From a virus (lineage: Duplodnaviria; Caudoviricetes): 44,387 nt of DNA. The stretch's first letter is position 1. The number at the start of each line of letters is the position of its first letter. A program made the position numbers and the translations under genes. Shown here piece after piece: positions 19,165 through 28,731 of this stretch. The notes beneath the pieces are model-generated. The model was not told the origin of the DNA, ran no database searches, and saw only the letters and a program-made list of their open reading frames with translations. Where the stretch lies: the IMG/VR virus record IMGVR_UViG_3300027419_000052, positions 1-44,387 of that record. The stretch is one strand, 5' to 3'.

Positions 19165-19707
19165 ATGGGATTAGCAGATTGGTTCATGGGAAATAAAGAA
19201 GGTGGGACAAAGAAGTCAGAGACTGGCTTTGAGAAACTTGATATTTCTCCATTTCAGGGAGTCGGGCTTCTTTTAACAGGAATGGCTACCAGTGCTCTTG
19301 CTAAGAATGCCGGTCTATCCGATTCTCTTTCGGCTGTTACCGGATTTGGTGGAGTTGCTTCTGGAATTCAGGATCGTCTTTCTTCTATTGAAGAAGACGC
19401 TAAAACGAAGAAGAAATATCAGATGGAGCTCTCTCTTAAGAAAGCTACAGAGAAGGATAAGACATATTCGGCTACAGATCAGAATACCGCGATCACTGCG
19501 GCAATGGCCGACTTCGATAGACTGACTGGTGGCAAAGGAACAAGATTGCTACAGCACAAAGACTTGAAGATCAAGGCCAGGGCAGAAGCTGAACTTGCAA
19601 AATTGGCTCAGCATTATCTTACTGGAGAAGCAGTGACGGTTGAAGTTCCATATATGTCAGACAACTGGACGAACTCGAAATCTTGGAATTTTGAAGCGGT
19701 GAACTAA
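19165..19707 (+). CDS. Putative ejection protein
   Basis: AGGAGG SD; Gly/Ala hydrophobic segments followed by charged helices. Confidence 0.55.
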   Translation: MGLADWFMGNKEGGTKKSETGFEKLDISPFQGVGLLLTGMATSALAKNAGLSDSLSAVTGFGGVASGIQDRLSSIEEDAKTKKKYQMELSLKKATEKDKTYSATDQNTAITAAMADFDRLTGGKGTRLLQHKDLKIKARAEAELAKLAQHYLTGEAVTVEVPYMSDNWTNSKSWNFEAVN

Positions 19708-19709
19708 TT

Positions 19710-22700
19710 ATGCCAATTCTCGATCCGGAAGATCTCAATCAAGCAGAACCTGAAAAGAAATCTCTTCTGGGAGAAAAGATCCAGAAGATATCTACTGGAT
19801 TCCAAAAAACTTCAGAAGAACTTGCCAAGCCTATTGAAGATAGAAAGATGGGAATTCTTCCTCCTGAGAACGAGAGGAAACTCGCTGAATTTTCTAGCAA
19901 TATGGCCAAGGGTGTCGTAGAATTGGCACAAGCAGGAAGCAGTGTCGTAGCAGGGCACTATATGCCCGCTACAAGGGATGCTGAAAATCAACTTATTTTT
20001 GCCAAAGGAAAAAGAGAAGCTCAATTTAAAGAATATATGAAGACTGCGGATCCCACATTTTATGAAATGAAATATGGGAATACAGTCAGTGCGATGAAGA
20101 AATACGGACCTGAATATATGTCAGCAATGTACAAGGGCGAGCAATTATTGAGATCGAAATGGCTCGAGACACCAGAAGGTGCTAAAGCAGAAGAAGATTA
20201 CTTAACCCTTCGCAGAAAGCAGTTTGATACCCCTGAAAAGAGGGCTTTTGAGTACGGCTTCATAAAGACCTTTACAGACGAGAAAAAGGCCAGATCGGTA
20301 TCTGCAGCCACTGATGAGGATTTGGACACGCCTACCGGGCAAAGAATCGCTATGGGGGCTAGTTTAACGGCGGAAACAGCTTACTTAGGTGCTTTGGCAG
20401 CAGCAGATCCTATGATCGGTGTAAGCAAACTACCAGTAGGTCTCAGAGGAGCAACCGGCTTCAGCATGTATGAAGCTGGAAAAGTAGCTCTGCGTGACGA
20501 TATGACTCCAGAACAAAAGCAGAAGGCAGTAGTTGATGCAGGTCTTGTGGGAGCTGCATTTGACGGCATTCTTGTTGCTGGATCAGCGGTATCCAAAAAG
20601 TTATTTTCTGGAATGAAAAAATCATTCGGGGCAAAAGGAAATCCAGAAGACTTCGCTATTATGACTGCGACGAATGAAAAGAATGCCTTTACGCATTATT
20701 CCTCAAAAGAAGGGTTGAAGGAACTTGATCCGGCTTTTCAGGGAACTGGTATGGCCGGTTCAGAAAAGAAGATTATCGAAAATTATAAAGGCGTGAAATA
20801 TGAAGGAAAGCCCTTGTTTCCCGGGAAGACCTATGTCTACGGGGAAGGACAGGCTCCTAAAAAAGGATCCTTCGATGAGAGCATCTTTGGAGAAGGAAAG
20901 AAAGCTGGGAAAGCCTATACCGGAAAACTCCCTGAAAAAGTTCTCGACTCTACCGGCAAAGAGTATAAGGCCCTAGAGAAAAAAGTTGAAGCAGAAGTAG
21001 CAGGACTGGTAAAGAACGGAAAGATCCAGGCTGCGGAAGCGAATGTGTATAAAACAGCTCTTGTCGATCGTAGAGCTGCTGAAGCGGGTTATGGAGGAAT
21101 AAGATACGCCGAAGGGACGACACTCTTCGGGAAAGCAGAAGTATCCGATGCTGTCCATAACCTGTCGACAAACGTCAAGGCCAATAAGAACATGGCCGAA
21201 GAACTCAAAGCAGCAGGCTATCAAGTAGAAGAGGCTTCTGGCTATTGGAAAGGAAAACCTCAAGGTGCATCCTACATTGTGAGAGGAATTTCAAACGACG
21301 AAGCAGTCCAGATCGCGAAGAAATATGGCCAGGACGCTATTCTCACGAATAAGGGTCTTGTCTACGCGGATGGGACTATTGTGAAAGCAAAAGGTGTTGT
21401 GCATGGTGACGCTGCCAAGAAAATGGAAGGCTATACCGTTAAGCAAAACGGAGAGGCATTCTCTTTTGTTCTTGAGCAGCCTGAGACAAAGAGCATTAAA
21501 GAAATACAGGTCCAGGCGAAGAAAGAAATGAAATCCGGACTGACTGCAGATAAGTTCCTGAAGGATCCGGTTAAGTATCAGAAGGAATTGAGCAAGCAGG
21601 TAGTCAAGTCCAATAAACAGTCATTCCAGCTTGGGCAAGCAGTAGAGAAAGAACGTCAAGCTATCAAGGCAGAAAAGCTCGATATGACCAAGCAATATGC
21701 GCAATATTCTCCTGCTAAACTGAAATCTGATATGAGCAATCAGATCATACACGTTGATGAGGGTGAGAAGATAACAGAAGTCAAGGCAATGATGGATGAG
21801 CGCATCAAGGCTGCTGGAGGGAAACTTCCTAAAGCAGAAATGAAGCTATACCTCACACAACTCGACAACATATATGCACAAGGCAGAGTTCATATGATGG
21901 AGCAGCAGGCCGCACAGGCAAAGGTTCTTCTGGATAACTCACAGGAGATAACTGCTACATTAGAGCAGAACAAGGAAACCATTAAGAAGTTTGGAACAAT
22001 GACTGTGGACGAAGCTAAAGGAACTTTTACAGGAGGAGCGTCCAAGTTTGAACTGGACGCAAATGGGATTCCTAAGACTGGAGAGAAACTGAAGAGCGGA
22101 TATAATGTTCTCAAGACGAAAGTAATGAATGCGAAATCACTTTCTACTATGGTAGATCTGGAGAGACAGGGTATAGACGATCCTATAAAAGGAGCTATCA
22201 GAACCCGGATCTACGAGCCTGTTCGTGCTGCAGCGTATAAGAACGCAGCATATGACGAGGCCCTTGGAATTAAAGTCACTGCTACGCATCCAGTAGCTGA
22301 AATCGACCGCGTGTTCAAAGAAGCACTGGGAAACAACAAACCGGTCACTTTTGAACTCTCGGTAGGCAAGGTTCAGCTTACTCCAGAAAACGTTGTAGCT
22401 GTCAGAATGTATGCGAAACGTGCTAATGGAATAGAGCGTCTTAAGAACTTTGGATGGAATGAAGATGATATTATGAAGATCGTTTCATCTCCGACTGCAC
22501 AGTTGGGGGATCCTATCGAGAATTGGTTCAGAGTAAAGGCTAAACAAGCGTATGATCTTGCGGCTCCGGTGGTGCGCAGAGTAGAAAATAAGGCTCTTCC
22601 GCTGGATCCAAACTGGATAGAGTTTCGGTATATTCAGGGACAAGGATTCGGAGCGAATTCATCTGCTTCTCTTGTGAAGAAACTAGAGAAAGGCGTATTC

Positions 22701-24287
22701 TATAATCCGTCTCTTGAAAAAGACTTCACCGTTTCTGCTGCAGAGAAATCTAAGTGGAAGCTCGATCTTAATCTTAGAAACGTGATGAAGGATTCCTTAC
22801 AAAACGAATCAAAATATGCCGCATGGGCGGAGACCTATGTTCCGGTAAATCAGACTATGAAGATGATCGAGTCGAAGGCATCAGAAACCGCCGGACTTGA
22901 CTGGTATAAGTCGATGGAAAAGTGGCTTAATGATACCGCAATCGGGACCAGAAAGCCGCAGGATCTTGGTGAAAAAGCAGTTGCCTATCTTAGATCAGCT
23001 CAATACGGTGCTACACTCGGATTCAAAGGAACCTCGGTAGCTAGGCAGATAGACGCATTTGGTCCTATGGCTGATGAAATAGGCTGGGATAATGTAGCCA
23101 GAGGAATTAAATATTTCAGTCAAAATCCAGGAAAGAATGTCCAAAGAGCACTTAATGCACATATAGGCATGAGAACTCGTTTTGTTGAAACAACTCAAGA
23201 GGAGATCGTAAGAACTGAATGGCAGGCTCAGAAGGGTCTTGGAAAGACTTTAAAACAGTCTGCAAAGAAAATAGCCGCTATAGGATCAGGTCCTATGGAA
23301 TTGGCCGATCAGTCCGTTACCAGTGCTGGATTTATAGGTGCGAAATTGAAGTATCTGAGTCGAGAAGCTACCCAAAGAAGCCTAAGAGGAAAAGCATTCT
23401 CAGAATTCATAAATAAGAACATGTGGGATGGATCACTGGCAGAGGCATCAAGTGAATATGCTATGAGAGCTGTTGAGAACACTCAGGCAATGACCCAGAC
23501 TATGTTCAGACCAGACGTGACCAGAGGAGGAGAGTTGACCAAACTCGGATTCCTATATTCGTCACAGCAGCTTATGAGCGCCAATAGAATGATGCAGGCC
23601 GGAATCCTCAAGGACGCAGGAAAGCTGAGCACTGGAGAATATTCAAAGAAACTGCTCAATAATATTCTCATACCTGTAACGTGGTCTACTGCTATAGGTC
23701 TTGCGGCGAAAGAGATTCAAAAGGTCTATATTAAGAAAGAGAAAGACCAGGAAAAGTCTCTTGGAATGAGGGGCCTTGTTAATGAAAAGCAGGCGCATGT
23801 TACGGCTAGGCAGGCTGTTGGGCAACTCCTGAATGAGGCCATTGGAACAATTCCATATGTCAGTTTTGCTGCAAATCAGATCCAATATGGCGGAGATCAG
23901 TTATCTCTGCCGGTAGGAAAGCCTCTGGAAGGAATGTTCAAAGGATTCAAGAGCCTGCAGTCCGCAACAAAGGCATATGGCAAAGGTGATGAAGAGGCAA
24001 TGAAAAAAGCATTGTTCACAGCAGGATGGCAGTTCTCTCTAGGGATGGGAGCTATGGCAGGTCTGCGTCTTGATCCTATTAAAACCGCATTTGATCTGGC
24101 AAAACCGGCTGAAGAAAGGATCGATCCCAGAATGAAGAAGTCATTCTCGAAGAGAAAGATCCCCTCTGGAAGAGGATGGACTCCAGATAAGAACTTTATT
24201 CAGAGGATGATCATAGAGGATGGAGTATCGTTGAAGGAAAAAGTCTTTCCGGATGCTGAAAATCAATTTAACGAATCAGTTGCATAG
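19710..24287 (+). CDS. Large internal virion/ejection (polyvalent) protein with ART-like and DUF3293-like domains
   Basis: 1525 aa, last gene of the structural arm; THYS...GTG...GYGG segment; FAIMTATN...KKYGQDAIL segments; helical C-terminal half with hydrophobic stretches. Confidence 0.7.
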   Translation: MPILDPEDLNQAEPEKKSLLGEKIQKISTGFQKTSEELAKPIEDRKMGILPPENERKLAEFSSNMAKGVVELAQAGSSVVAGHYMPATRDAENQLIFAKGKREAQFKEYMKTADPTFYEMKYGNTVSAMKKYGPEYMSAMYKGEQLLRSKWLETPEGAKAEEDYLTLRRKQFDTPEKRAFEYGFIKTFTDEKKARSVSAATDEDLDTPTGQRIAMGASLTAETAYLGALAAADPMIGVSKLPVGLRGATGFSMYEAGKVALRDDMTPEQKQKAVVDAGLVGAAFDGILVAGSAVSKKLFSGMKKSFGAKGNPEDFAIMTATNEKNAFTHYSSKEGLKELDPAFQGTGMAGSEKKIIENYKGVKYEGKPLFPGKTYVYGEGQAPKKGSFDESIFGEGKKAGKAYTGKLPEKVLDSTGKEYKALEKKVEAEVAGLVKNGKIQAAEANVYKTALVDRRAAEAGYGGIRYAEGTTLFGKAEVSDAVHNLSTNVKANKNMAEELKAAGYQVEEASGYWKGKPQGASYIVRGISNDEAVQIAKKYGQDAILTNKGLVYADGTIVKAKGVVHGDAAKKMEGYTVKQNGEAFSFVLEQPETKSIKEIQVQAKKEMKSGLTADKFLKDPVKYQKELSKQVVKSNKQSFQLGQAVEKERQAIKAEKLDMTKQYAQYSPAKLKSDMSNQIIHVDEGEKITEVKAMMDERIKAAGGKLPKAEMKLYLTQLDNIYAQGRVHMMEQQAAQAKVLLDNSQEITATLEQNKETIKKFGTMTVDEAKGTFTGGASKFELDANGIPKTGEKLKSGYNVLKTKVMNAKSLSTMVDLERQGIDDPIKGAIRTRIYEPVRAAAYKNAAYDEALGIKVTATHPVAEIDRVFKEALGNNKPVTFELSVGKVQLTPENVVAVRMYAKRANGIERLKNFGWNEDDIMKIVSSPTAQLGDPIENWFRVKAKQAYDLAAPVVRRVENKALPLDPNWIEFRYIQGQGFGANSSASLVKKLEKGVFYNPSLEKDFTVSAAEKSKWKLDLNLRNVMKDSLQNESKYAAWAETYVPVNQTMKMIESKASETAGLDWYKSMEKWLNDTAIGTRKPQDLGEKAVAYLRSAQYGATLGFKGTSVARQIDAFGPMADEIGWDNVARGIKYFSQNPGKNVQRALNAHIGMRTRFVETTQEEIVRTEWQAQKGLGKTLKQSAKKIAAIGSGPMELADQSVTSAGFIGAKLKYLSREATQRSLRGKAFSEFINKNMWDGSLAEASSEYAMRAVENTQAMTQTMFRPDVTRGGELTKLGFLYSSQQLMSANRMMQAGILKDAGKLSTGEYSKKLLNNILIPVTWSTAIGLAAKEIQKVYIKKEKDQEKSLGMRGLVNEKQAHVTARQAVGQLLNEAIGTIPYVSFAANQIQYGGDQLSLPVGKPLEGMFKGFKSLQSATKAYGKGDEEAMKKALFTAGWQFSLGMGAMAGLRLDPIKTAFDLAKPAEERIDPRMKKSFSKRKIPSGRGWTPDKNFIQRMIIEDGVSLKEKVFPDAENQFNESVA

Positions 24288-24289
24288 AT

Positions 24290-24318
24290 AAAAAAAGAGG
24301 CTCGCAAGAGCCTCTTTC
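24290..24318. terminator. Bidirectional rho-independent terminator where the two arms converge
   Basis: AAAGAGGCTC-GCAA-GAGCCTCTTT with an A-tract on the left (U-tract for the - strand), between convergent stops. Confidence 0.9.
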
Positions 24319-24320
24319 AG

Positions 24321-24596
24321 TTAGAATATTCCAGTTTCTTTCCAGTGCTTTATGTCGTCTTCAGTATAGAATTCTTTTGGCTTAATCTTTGTCCCCATTC
24401 CAGCTTCATATGATACAGTCTCGACTCCACCTTCGACTTTATTCTGGTTATAGCGTCCGGAGAATTTCTGTGGACCGGTAATAGGCGGAAGAACACCTCT
24501 TCTTGCCATGAACTTGTCATAGCAAGATCTGCCTTTTGAGTCAGCATATGGAACTCCATTGCATCTTTCGCAGTTCTGACTGCATCTCTTAGCCAT
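24321..24596 (-). CDS. Hypothetical protein with N-terminal Cys cluster
   Basis: AAGGGA SD; CSQNCERC. Confidence 0.65.
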   Translation of the reverse strand: MAKRCSQNCERCNGVPYADSKGRSCYDKFMARRGVLPPITGPQKFSGRYNQNKVEGGVETVSYEAGMGTKIKPKEFYTEDDIKHWKETGIF

Positions 24597-24783
24597 AAAT
24601 TCCCTTATCTCCGTATAGTCTCTTCCTAATAAACTTCTCTACTGGTCCTAGAATAGGCCTTATCATAATAACGATCCCGAATACAACACAGAACGCCATC
24701 AATGCTGCTATTTTCAATAAGATTATAGCAGTGGATATCACATATGCTTTTATTTTTTCAAATAAGATCTTCCACTGGTTCAT
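24589..24783 (-). CDS. Small membrane protein after the endolysin (holin candidate)
   Basis: In-frame ATG at 24783 within ORF 24589-24882; long hydrophobic stretch flanked by basic residues. Confidence 0.5.
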   Translation of the reverse strand: MNQWKILFEKIKAYVISTAIILLKIAALMAFCVVFGIVIMIRPILGPVEKFIRKRLYGDKGIYG

Positions 24784-25156
24784 ATACCGTTTTCCCTTCT
24801 GCATCTTTTCGTGCTCTAAGTTTTTGAAATCTGTTCTGCCTGTACGTAACGTGAGAGATATGAACCCAGTCTCCGAATTCATAAATGAGCTGATCGAACT
24901 CTATTCCTAGAGCAACGATCTGATTAAAAAGAGAACTCACTCTTTCAGTGACCGGCATTATATCGGCTGCTTCTCCTCGGCAATGTTGACTTATAGATCG
25001 CCCATCTTTGTCTACAGCTCCTCCTATCTTTTTATTATATTCTTCTGACCTATATCCTGAAATAACGTCTATAGGTATTATTCCATCCACTCTATCAAGT
25101 ATATCCTTGAGATCCTGATTCACTTTGTCATAGTTGACGTGTGGTTCTATTATCAT
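24758..25156 (-). CDS. Peptidase M15 (Zn D-Ala-D-Ala carboxypeptidase-like) endolysin
   Basis: SGYRS...N..IGGA, SQHCRGEAADI, FDQLIYE and WVHIS motifs; AGGAGG SD. Confidence 0.9.
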   Translation of the reverse strand: MIIEPHVNYDKVNQDLKDILDRVDGIIPIDVISGYRSEEYNKKIGGAVDKDGRSISQHCRGEAADIMPVTERVSSLFNQIVALGIEFDQLIYEFGDWVHISHVTYRQNRFQKLRARKDAEGKTVYEPVEDLI

Positions 25157-25413
25157 ATATCCTCCTAGTTTTCACAGATTGAAAGCAGCGATACTATGTC
25201 TGCATTCGTTAATGGATCCATATCACCTCTATAGTGCAAATATTCTAGTCGAACTATTCCACAGGTAGCAGGACTGTAGACCGGCAAAACGAATAAAAGA
25301 ACCGGTATCATCGCCTTACTCCCGTAGCCAGGACTTTCTCAAGTAAAAGCATCCAGCCTAGTGCGTTGAGCATTTCCCTGGCTTCTTTATGTCGAGCTGC
25401 AGTCTTCACCGCA

Positions 25414-25719
25414 TCATTCAAAGTCACGTAACGTTTCCCGTATGACATCTTTTTCAGCTCCTTTCAGGGTTAATAGTAATCTCTCAAGTTTCTTAAATTG
25501 ATCATTATGCGCTTCATTATCCGCAAGTAGTAGCATACATAGATGCGCCAGTTCATGCGCCAAAGTACCGTAACGATCTTCTCGTCCCAGGCATATCTGG
25601 TAGTTTCTATGCCGATCTCTTAGGCCTGGAAATTGTTCGCAGTATCCCAGGAAGTCACGGTTCCTTCCAAGCCACCGTCTTTCTGAAATTCGTATTTTAA
25701 TTGTGACGTAGTCTTTCAT
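25414..25719 (-). CDS. Small zincin-like metallopeptidase (SprT/YgjP-like)
   Basis: TLAHELAH followed by HNDQFK. Confidence 0.7.
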   Translation of the reverse strand: MKDYVTIKIRISERRWLGRNRDFLGYCEQFPGLRDRHRNYQICLGREDRYGTLAHELAHLCMLLLADNEAHNDQFKKLERLLLTLKGAEKDVIRETLRDFE

Positions 25720-25722
25720 GCC

Positions 25723-27735
25723 CTATCCTTTTGCCTTATCCAGGCTCTTGCAGAATTTTGGTTCCGCTATAAGAGGAACCAGTAGATCCTTTTTGAACGG
25801 GGCCTCCATAATAGCCTTAATTCTTTTCAGATATATGTTCTTTCCGTACATTCCTTTTGGAACTCCTATAAAAAGCTCATCGTGAATTTGTAAAAGTAAT
25901 TTTGATTCTGGTTCATACTTGTCGATCAAGACAATAGCTCTTTTCATTATGTCTATGCAGGATCCCTGCATTTTAACGTTGTAGCATTGCCGTTCTATGC
26001 GGCAAGCTGAAAAAATGAGCCTGTTTCTCTCTTTTCGATCATGACATCCGCGCATATCCTCAAAGATCTGTCTATATTCAGGAAATCTTCTTTTCCTTCC
26101 TGATAAGGTGGTGACGTATCCATCCCTAAAGAGTTCACCATGCCGCTTTTTAAAAGCAGGATATCCCTGCTCATTATGGACCCATGATCCGCATAGTCGA
26201 TCGATCCTGTTTCGGATAGATGGATACGCTTCAAAGAATAGTTTGATGATCTCTTTTTCTTCTTCAGTGTCCCCGGTCTTTCCATACGCAGCTCCGAAAT
26301 TGGCAGTCTTTGCCTTATCCCTGAGAGCCGGAGTGTACTCTATTCCCTGCTGCGCAGCTATGATCTCTGCTGTCAATTTATGCGGATCTCCTTCCGGTTT
26401 ATCCGGAGGATTTTTGAAACACTTAATAAGTGATTCTTCTTCAGCATCAGATGCCATAAGTCTCAATTCAACTGCTGCATAGTCTACGTCCACCGAATCT
26501 ATTATAAATGCCGATCGTATCCTCCAGGCTTCAGGATGCTTTCTTGGAATATTGTGAAATGAACTGGTATACCGAAGCGTTACAGTTCCGCAAGTATCGA
26601 AGTCCTGATAGAATATACCATTGACGCATTCTTTTTGAATGCGTGAAGCATGTCCTGCCATTTGGACCCATCCCCTATAGGCTGACAGAAGTGTAATAAA
26701 TGTTCCGCCCTGCTTCTCAAGAAACTCAAGCGCTTTCTTTCCAGTAGACGGTTTCTTTGTTTTCTTTGATAAGAATCTCCTTGGAACTTCGTCTACCTCG
26801 CTCCATATGACCGGGGTAATCTGTTTCGATGAGTTAGGATTGAATGTTCCTGAGTTCGCGATGTATTTTAGTTCTTCAGTGTCTGTTATTTCGTCCATAG
26901 ACTTGTATTCTTTTCCTAGTTTCTTTTTTATCTTCTTAATAGCTAGTGCCTCATAAGTTGTGTCTTTGCCATGCGCTTTCAGCTTTTTCATACACTCAAT
27001 GGCGTTCTTGATATAGAAATTACGTGCCTCAATAAGGATATCCTCCCTGACTGGAAATCCGTCAAACTCGTGCTTGCTCCATATATAGGCATTCTTGAGT
27101 TCTGTTGATCGATACCACTTCCAGACTCCCTCTTTTTTAAGAATAGGCTTGAGCATATAAAAGCATTTCTGTGTATAGTGCACATCCTCTTCGCAGTGTC
27201 GTCCTAAAAGGGATAGCCACTCTTCTCTGTTCGAGGCTTTTAATTTTTTTCTTTCAGCATCTGACATTGTTTTGAAAATGCAGTATTTCATGTCTCCAAG
27301 TCCAAGCCATTTTGCGCAGGCTGATAGACCGGAATTCCTAACATTCTCATCCGCAAGACGGAACATTATATAAGCATCATCCCCGAATCCAGCTCCGTAT
27401 GTGACCTGCTTTGGGTGTACTCCAAGATGTCTGCAGATCATTTTGATATCGTGCTTAAGATTATATCCTGTAATTCTTACCGATCGTGATAGAATGAGCT
27501 GAGAGAGAGCTGCTTTGCAGCTCTCAGTCATATCATCCCATACTATATAGTTTTCTTTTATATCCTCGCCTTTGCCCCATGAGATAGCAAATAGCTCCAT
27601 ACGTGCTCTCATATGGTGCGTGTTATCTTCGACAGTATCAGAGTCTGAGGTAGTCTCTGTATCGAAAGATATCCTAGGCTCATTATGCATGGCTAAAAGG
27701 AACTTTTTTATTGATGATTCTGACTGAAGTCTCAT
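25723..27735 (-). CDS. polA: DNA polymerase family A with 3'-5' exonuclease domain
   Basis: ExoI FDTET, ExoII YNLKHD, motif A DYAAVELR, motif B RDKAKTANFGAAYG, motif C QIHDEL. Confidence 0.93.
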   Translation of the reverse strand: MRLQSESSIKKFLLAMHNEPRISFDTETTSDSDTVEDNTHHMRARMELFAISWGKGEDIKENYIVWDDMTESCKAALSQLILSRSVRITGYNLKHDIKMICRHLGVHPKQVTYGAGFGDDAYIMFRLADENVRNSGLSACAKWLGLGDMKYCIFKTMSDAERKKLKASNREEWLSLLGRHCEEDVHYTQKCFYMLKPILKKEGVWKWYRSTELKNAYIWSKHEFDGFPVREDILIEARNFYIKNAIECMKKLKAHGKDTTYEALAIKKIKKKLGKEYKSMDEITDTEELKYIANSGTFNPNSSKQITPVIWSEVDEVPRRFLSKKTKKPSTGKKALEFLEKQGGTFITLLSAYRGWVQMAGHASRIQKECVNGIFYQDFDTCGTVTLRYTSSFHNIPRKHPEAWRIRSAFIIDSVDVDYAAVELRLMASDAEEESLIKCFKNPPDKPEGDPHKLTAEIIAAQQGIEYTPALRDKAKTANFGAAYGKTGDTEEEKEIIKLFFEAYPSIRNRIDRLCGSWVHNEQGYPAFKKRHGELFRDGYVTTLSGRKRRFPEYRQIFEDMRGCHDRKERNRLIFSACRIERQCYNVKMQGSCIDIMKRAIVLIDKYEPESKLLLQIHDELFIGVPKGMYGKNIYLKRIKAIMEAPFKKDLLVPLIAEPKFCKSLDKAKG

Positions 27736-27974
27736 GCAACAATACCTCTTTTTAGCGCTTCAGAATATAAATCCCAGTAAACCCTAGGAAGATAGTCTTC
27801 GTAATCTGCCTCTGAGTCAAAGTAGTCAGTCAGAGCTTCACATGAAATGGCGTCCGCTAAAGCTCTTCTATTCGCGCCTAATTTTAACATACGAATAGTG
27901 TTAGAAAGATGACTATCTGTCATTTTGCAAATCCGTATCAGAGTACCGTCTTTACATTTCCACATTTTAGACAT
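27732..27974 (-). CDS. Phage hypothetical protein
   Basis: WKCKDGTLIRICKMTDSHLSNTI pattern; overlaps both neighbours. Confidence 0.7.
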   Translation of the reverse strand: MSKMWKCKDGTLIRICKMTDSHLSNTIRMLKLGANRRALADAISCEALTDYFDSEADYEDYLPRVYWDLYSEALKRGIVA

Positions 27975-28731
27975 ATTTTTTACTCTTTTTCTTCTTTTTC
28001 ATATATGGGCAGAACTTTTTGACCTCGCAGTAGCGCTTGCAACGTCTTCCTTCCCATGTATCTTCGCACATAGGGATATCTCTAGGGTCGTCTGTTTTGC
28101 ACGCCTCCTGGTGCATTTTTACGCGTGTTTTTAGGTACTTAAGGATCTTTTTGTCAGAATATACTGGTATTTCTACATTCATGATAGGAGCTTCTGGATA
28201 CCACCGATCACATTCCCATGCCTTCTTTGCCTCCGATTCTTTCCAGTCGTAGAACCAGCAGCAGTTCTGCATCCGGTCTACCTTGTATCCGTTCAGTCTT
28301 AACAGATATGCCAGGCAGTTCAATTGCCAGATCCATTCACGCTTCGGTCCATTCTTAAGAGAATACCATCCGGTATTTTTGTAATCTGTAAGGACACCAT
28401 CTTTGCAGTCAACAGCAAGATGATCGGCTTGCCCGGATATTGTCCATCCGCATATATCCGCAAAGACCCTCAATTCCGCAATATCTATCTTTCCAGCACT
28501 CTCTTCTAGGATCTTATGGATCATATTCCCTCTGAGGATATGGAGTCGATCCATAAGATCTACTTCAATTTTATCGTCATACAGTTCCTTAAGCCGAACG
28601 GAAAGAGGGTCTGCTATAAGTTGAGTCAGAGATCGCTGAGTCGCCCCTCTTCCGTCACGGTATGACTTTTCACATTTCAATTGCGCATTATAGAAAGGTT
28701 CTGGCAGTCCTGCCTTATTTGTTAATTTCAT
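27967..28731 (-). CDS. PD-(D/E)XK (Cas4/RecB-like) exonuclease
   Basis: RGNMIH, ISGQAD, DYK, WQLNCLAYL and C-terminal Cys cluster CKRYCEVKKFCP. Confidence 0.85.
   Translation of the reverse strand: MKLTNKAGLPEPFYNAQLKCEKSYRDGRGATQRSLTQLIADPLSVRLKELYDDKIEVDLMDRLHILRGNMIHKILEESAGKIDIAELRVFADICGWTISGQADHLAVDCKDGVLTDYKNTGWYSLKNGPKREWIWQLNCLAYLLRLNGYKVDRMQNCCWFYDWKESEAKKAWECDRWYPEAPIMNVEIPVYSDKKILKYLKTRVKMHQEACKTDDPRDIPMCEDTWEGRRCKRYCEVKKFCPYMKKKKKSKKYV

Noticed and set aside
19710-24287. N4-like virion RNA polymerase
   Set aside because: Much shorter than N4 vRNAP and no T7-like polymerase motifs recognised
27967-28731. CRISPR-associated Cas4 / CRISPR locus
   Set aside because: No array or other cas genes; it is a stand-alone phage nuclease in the replication module
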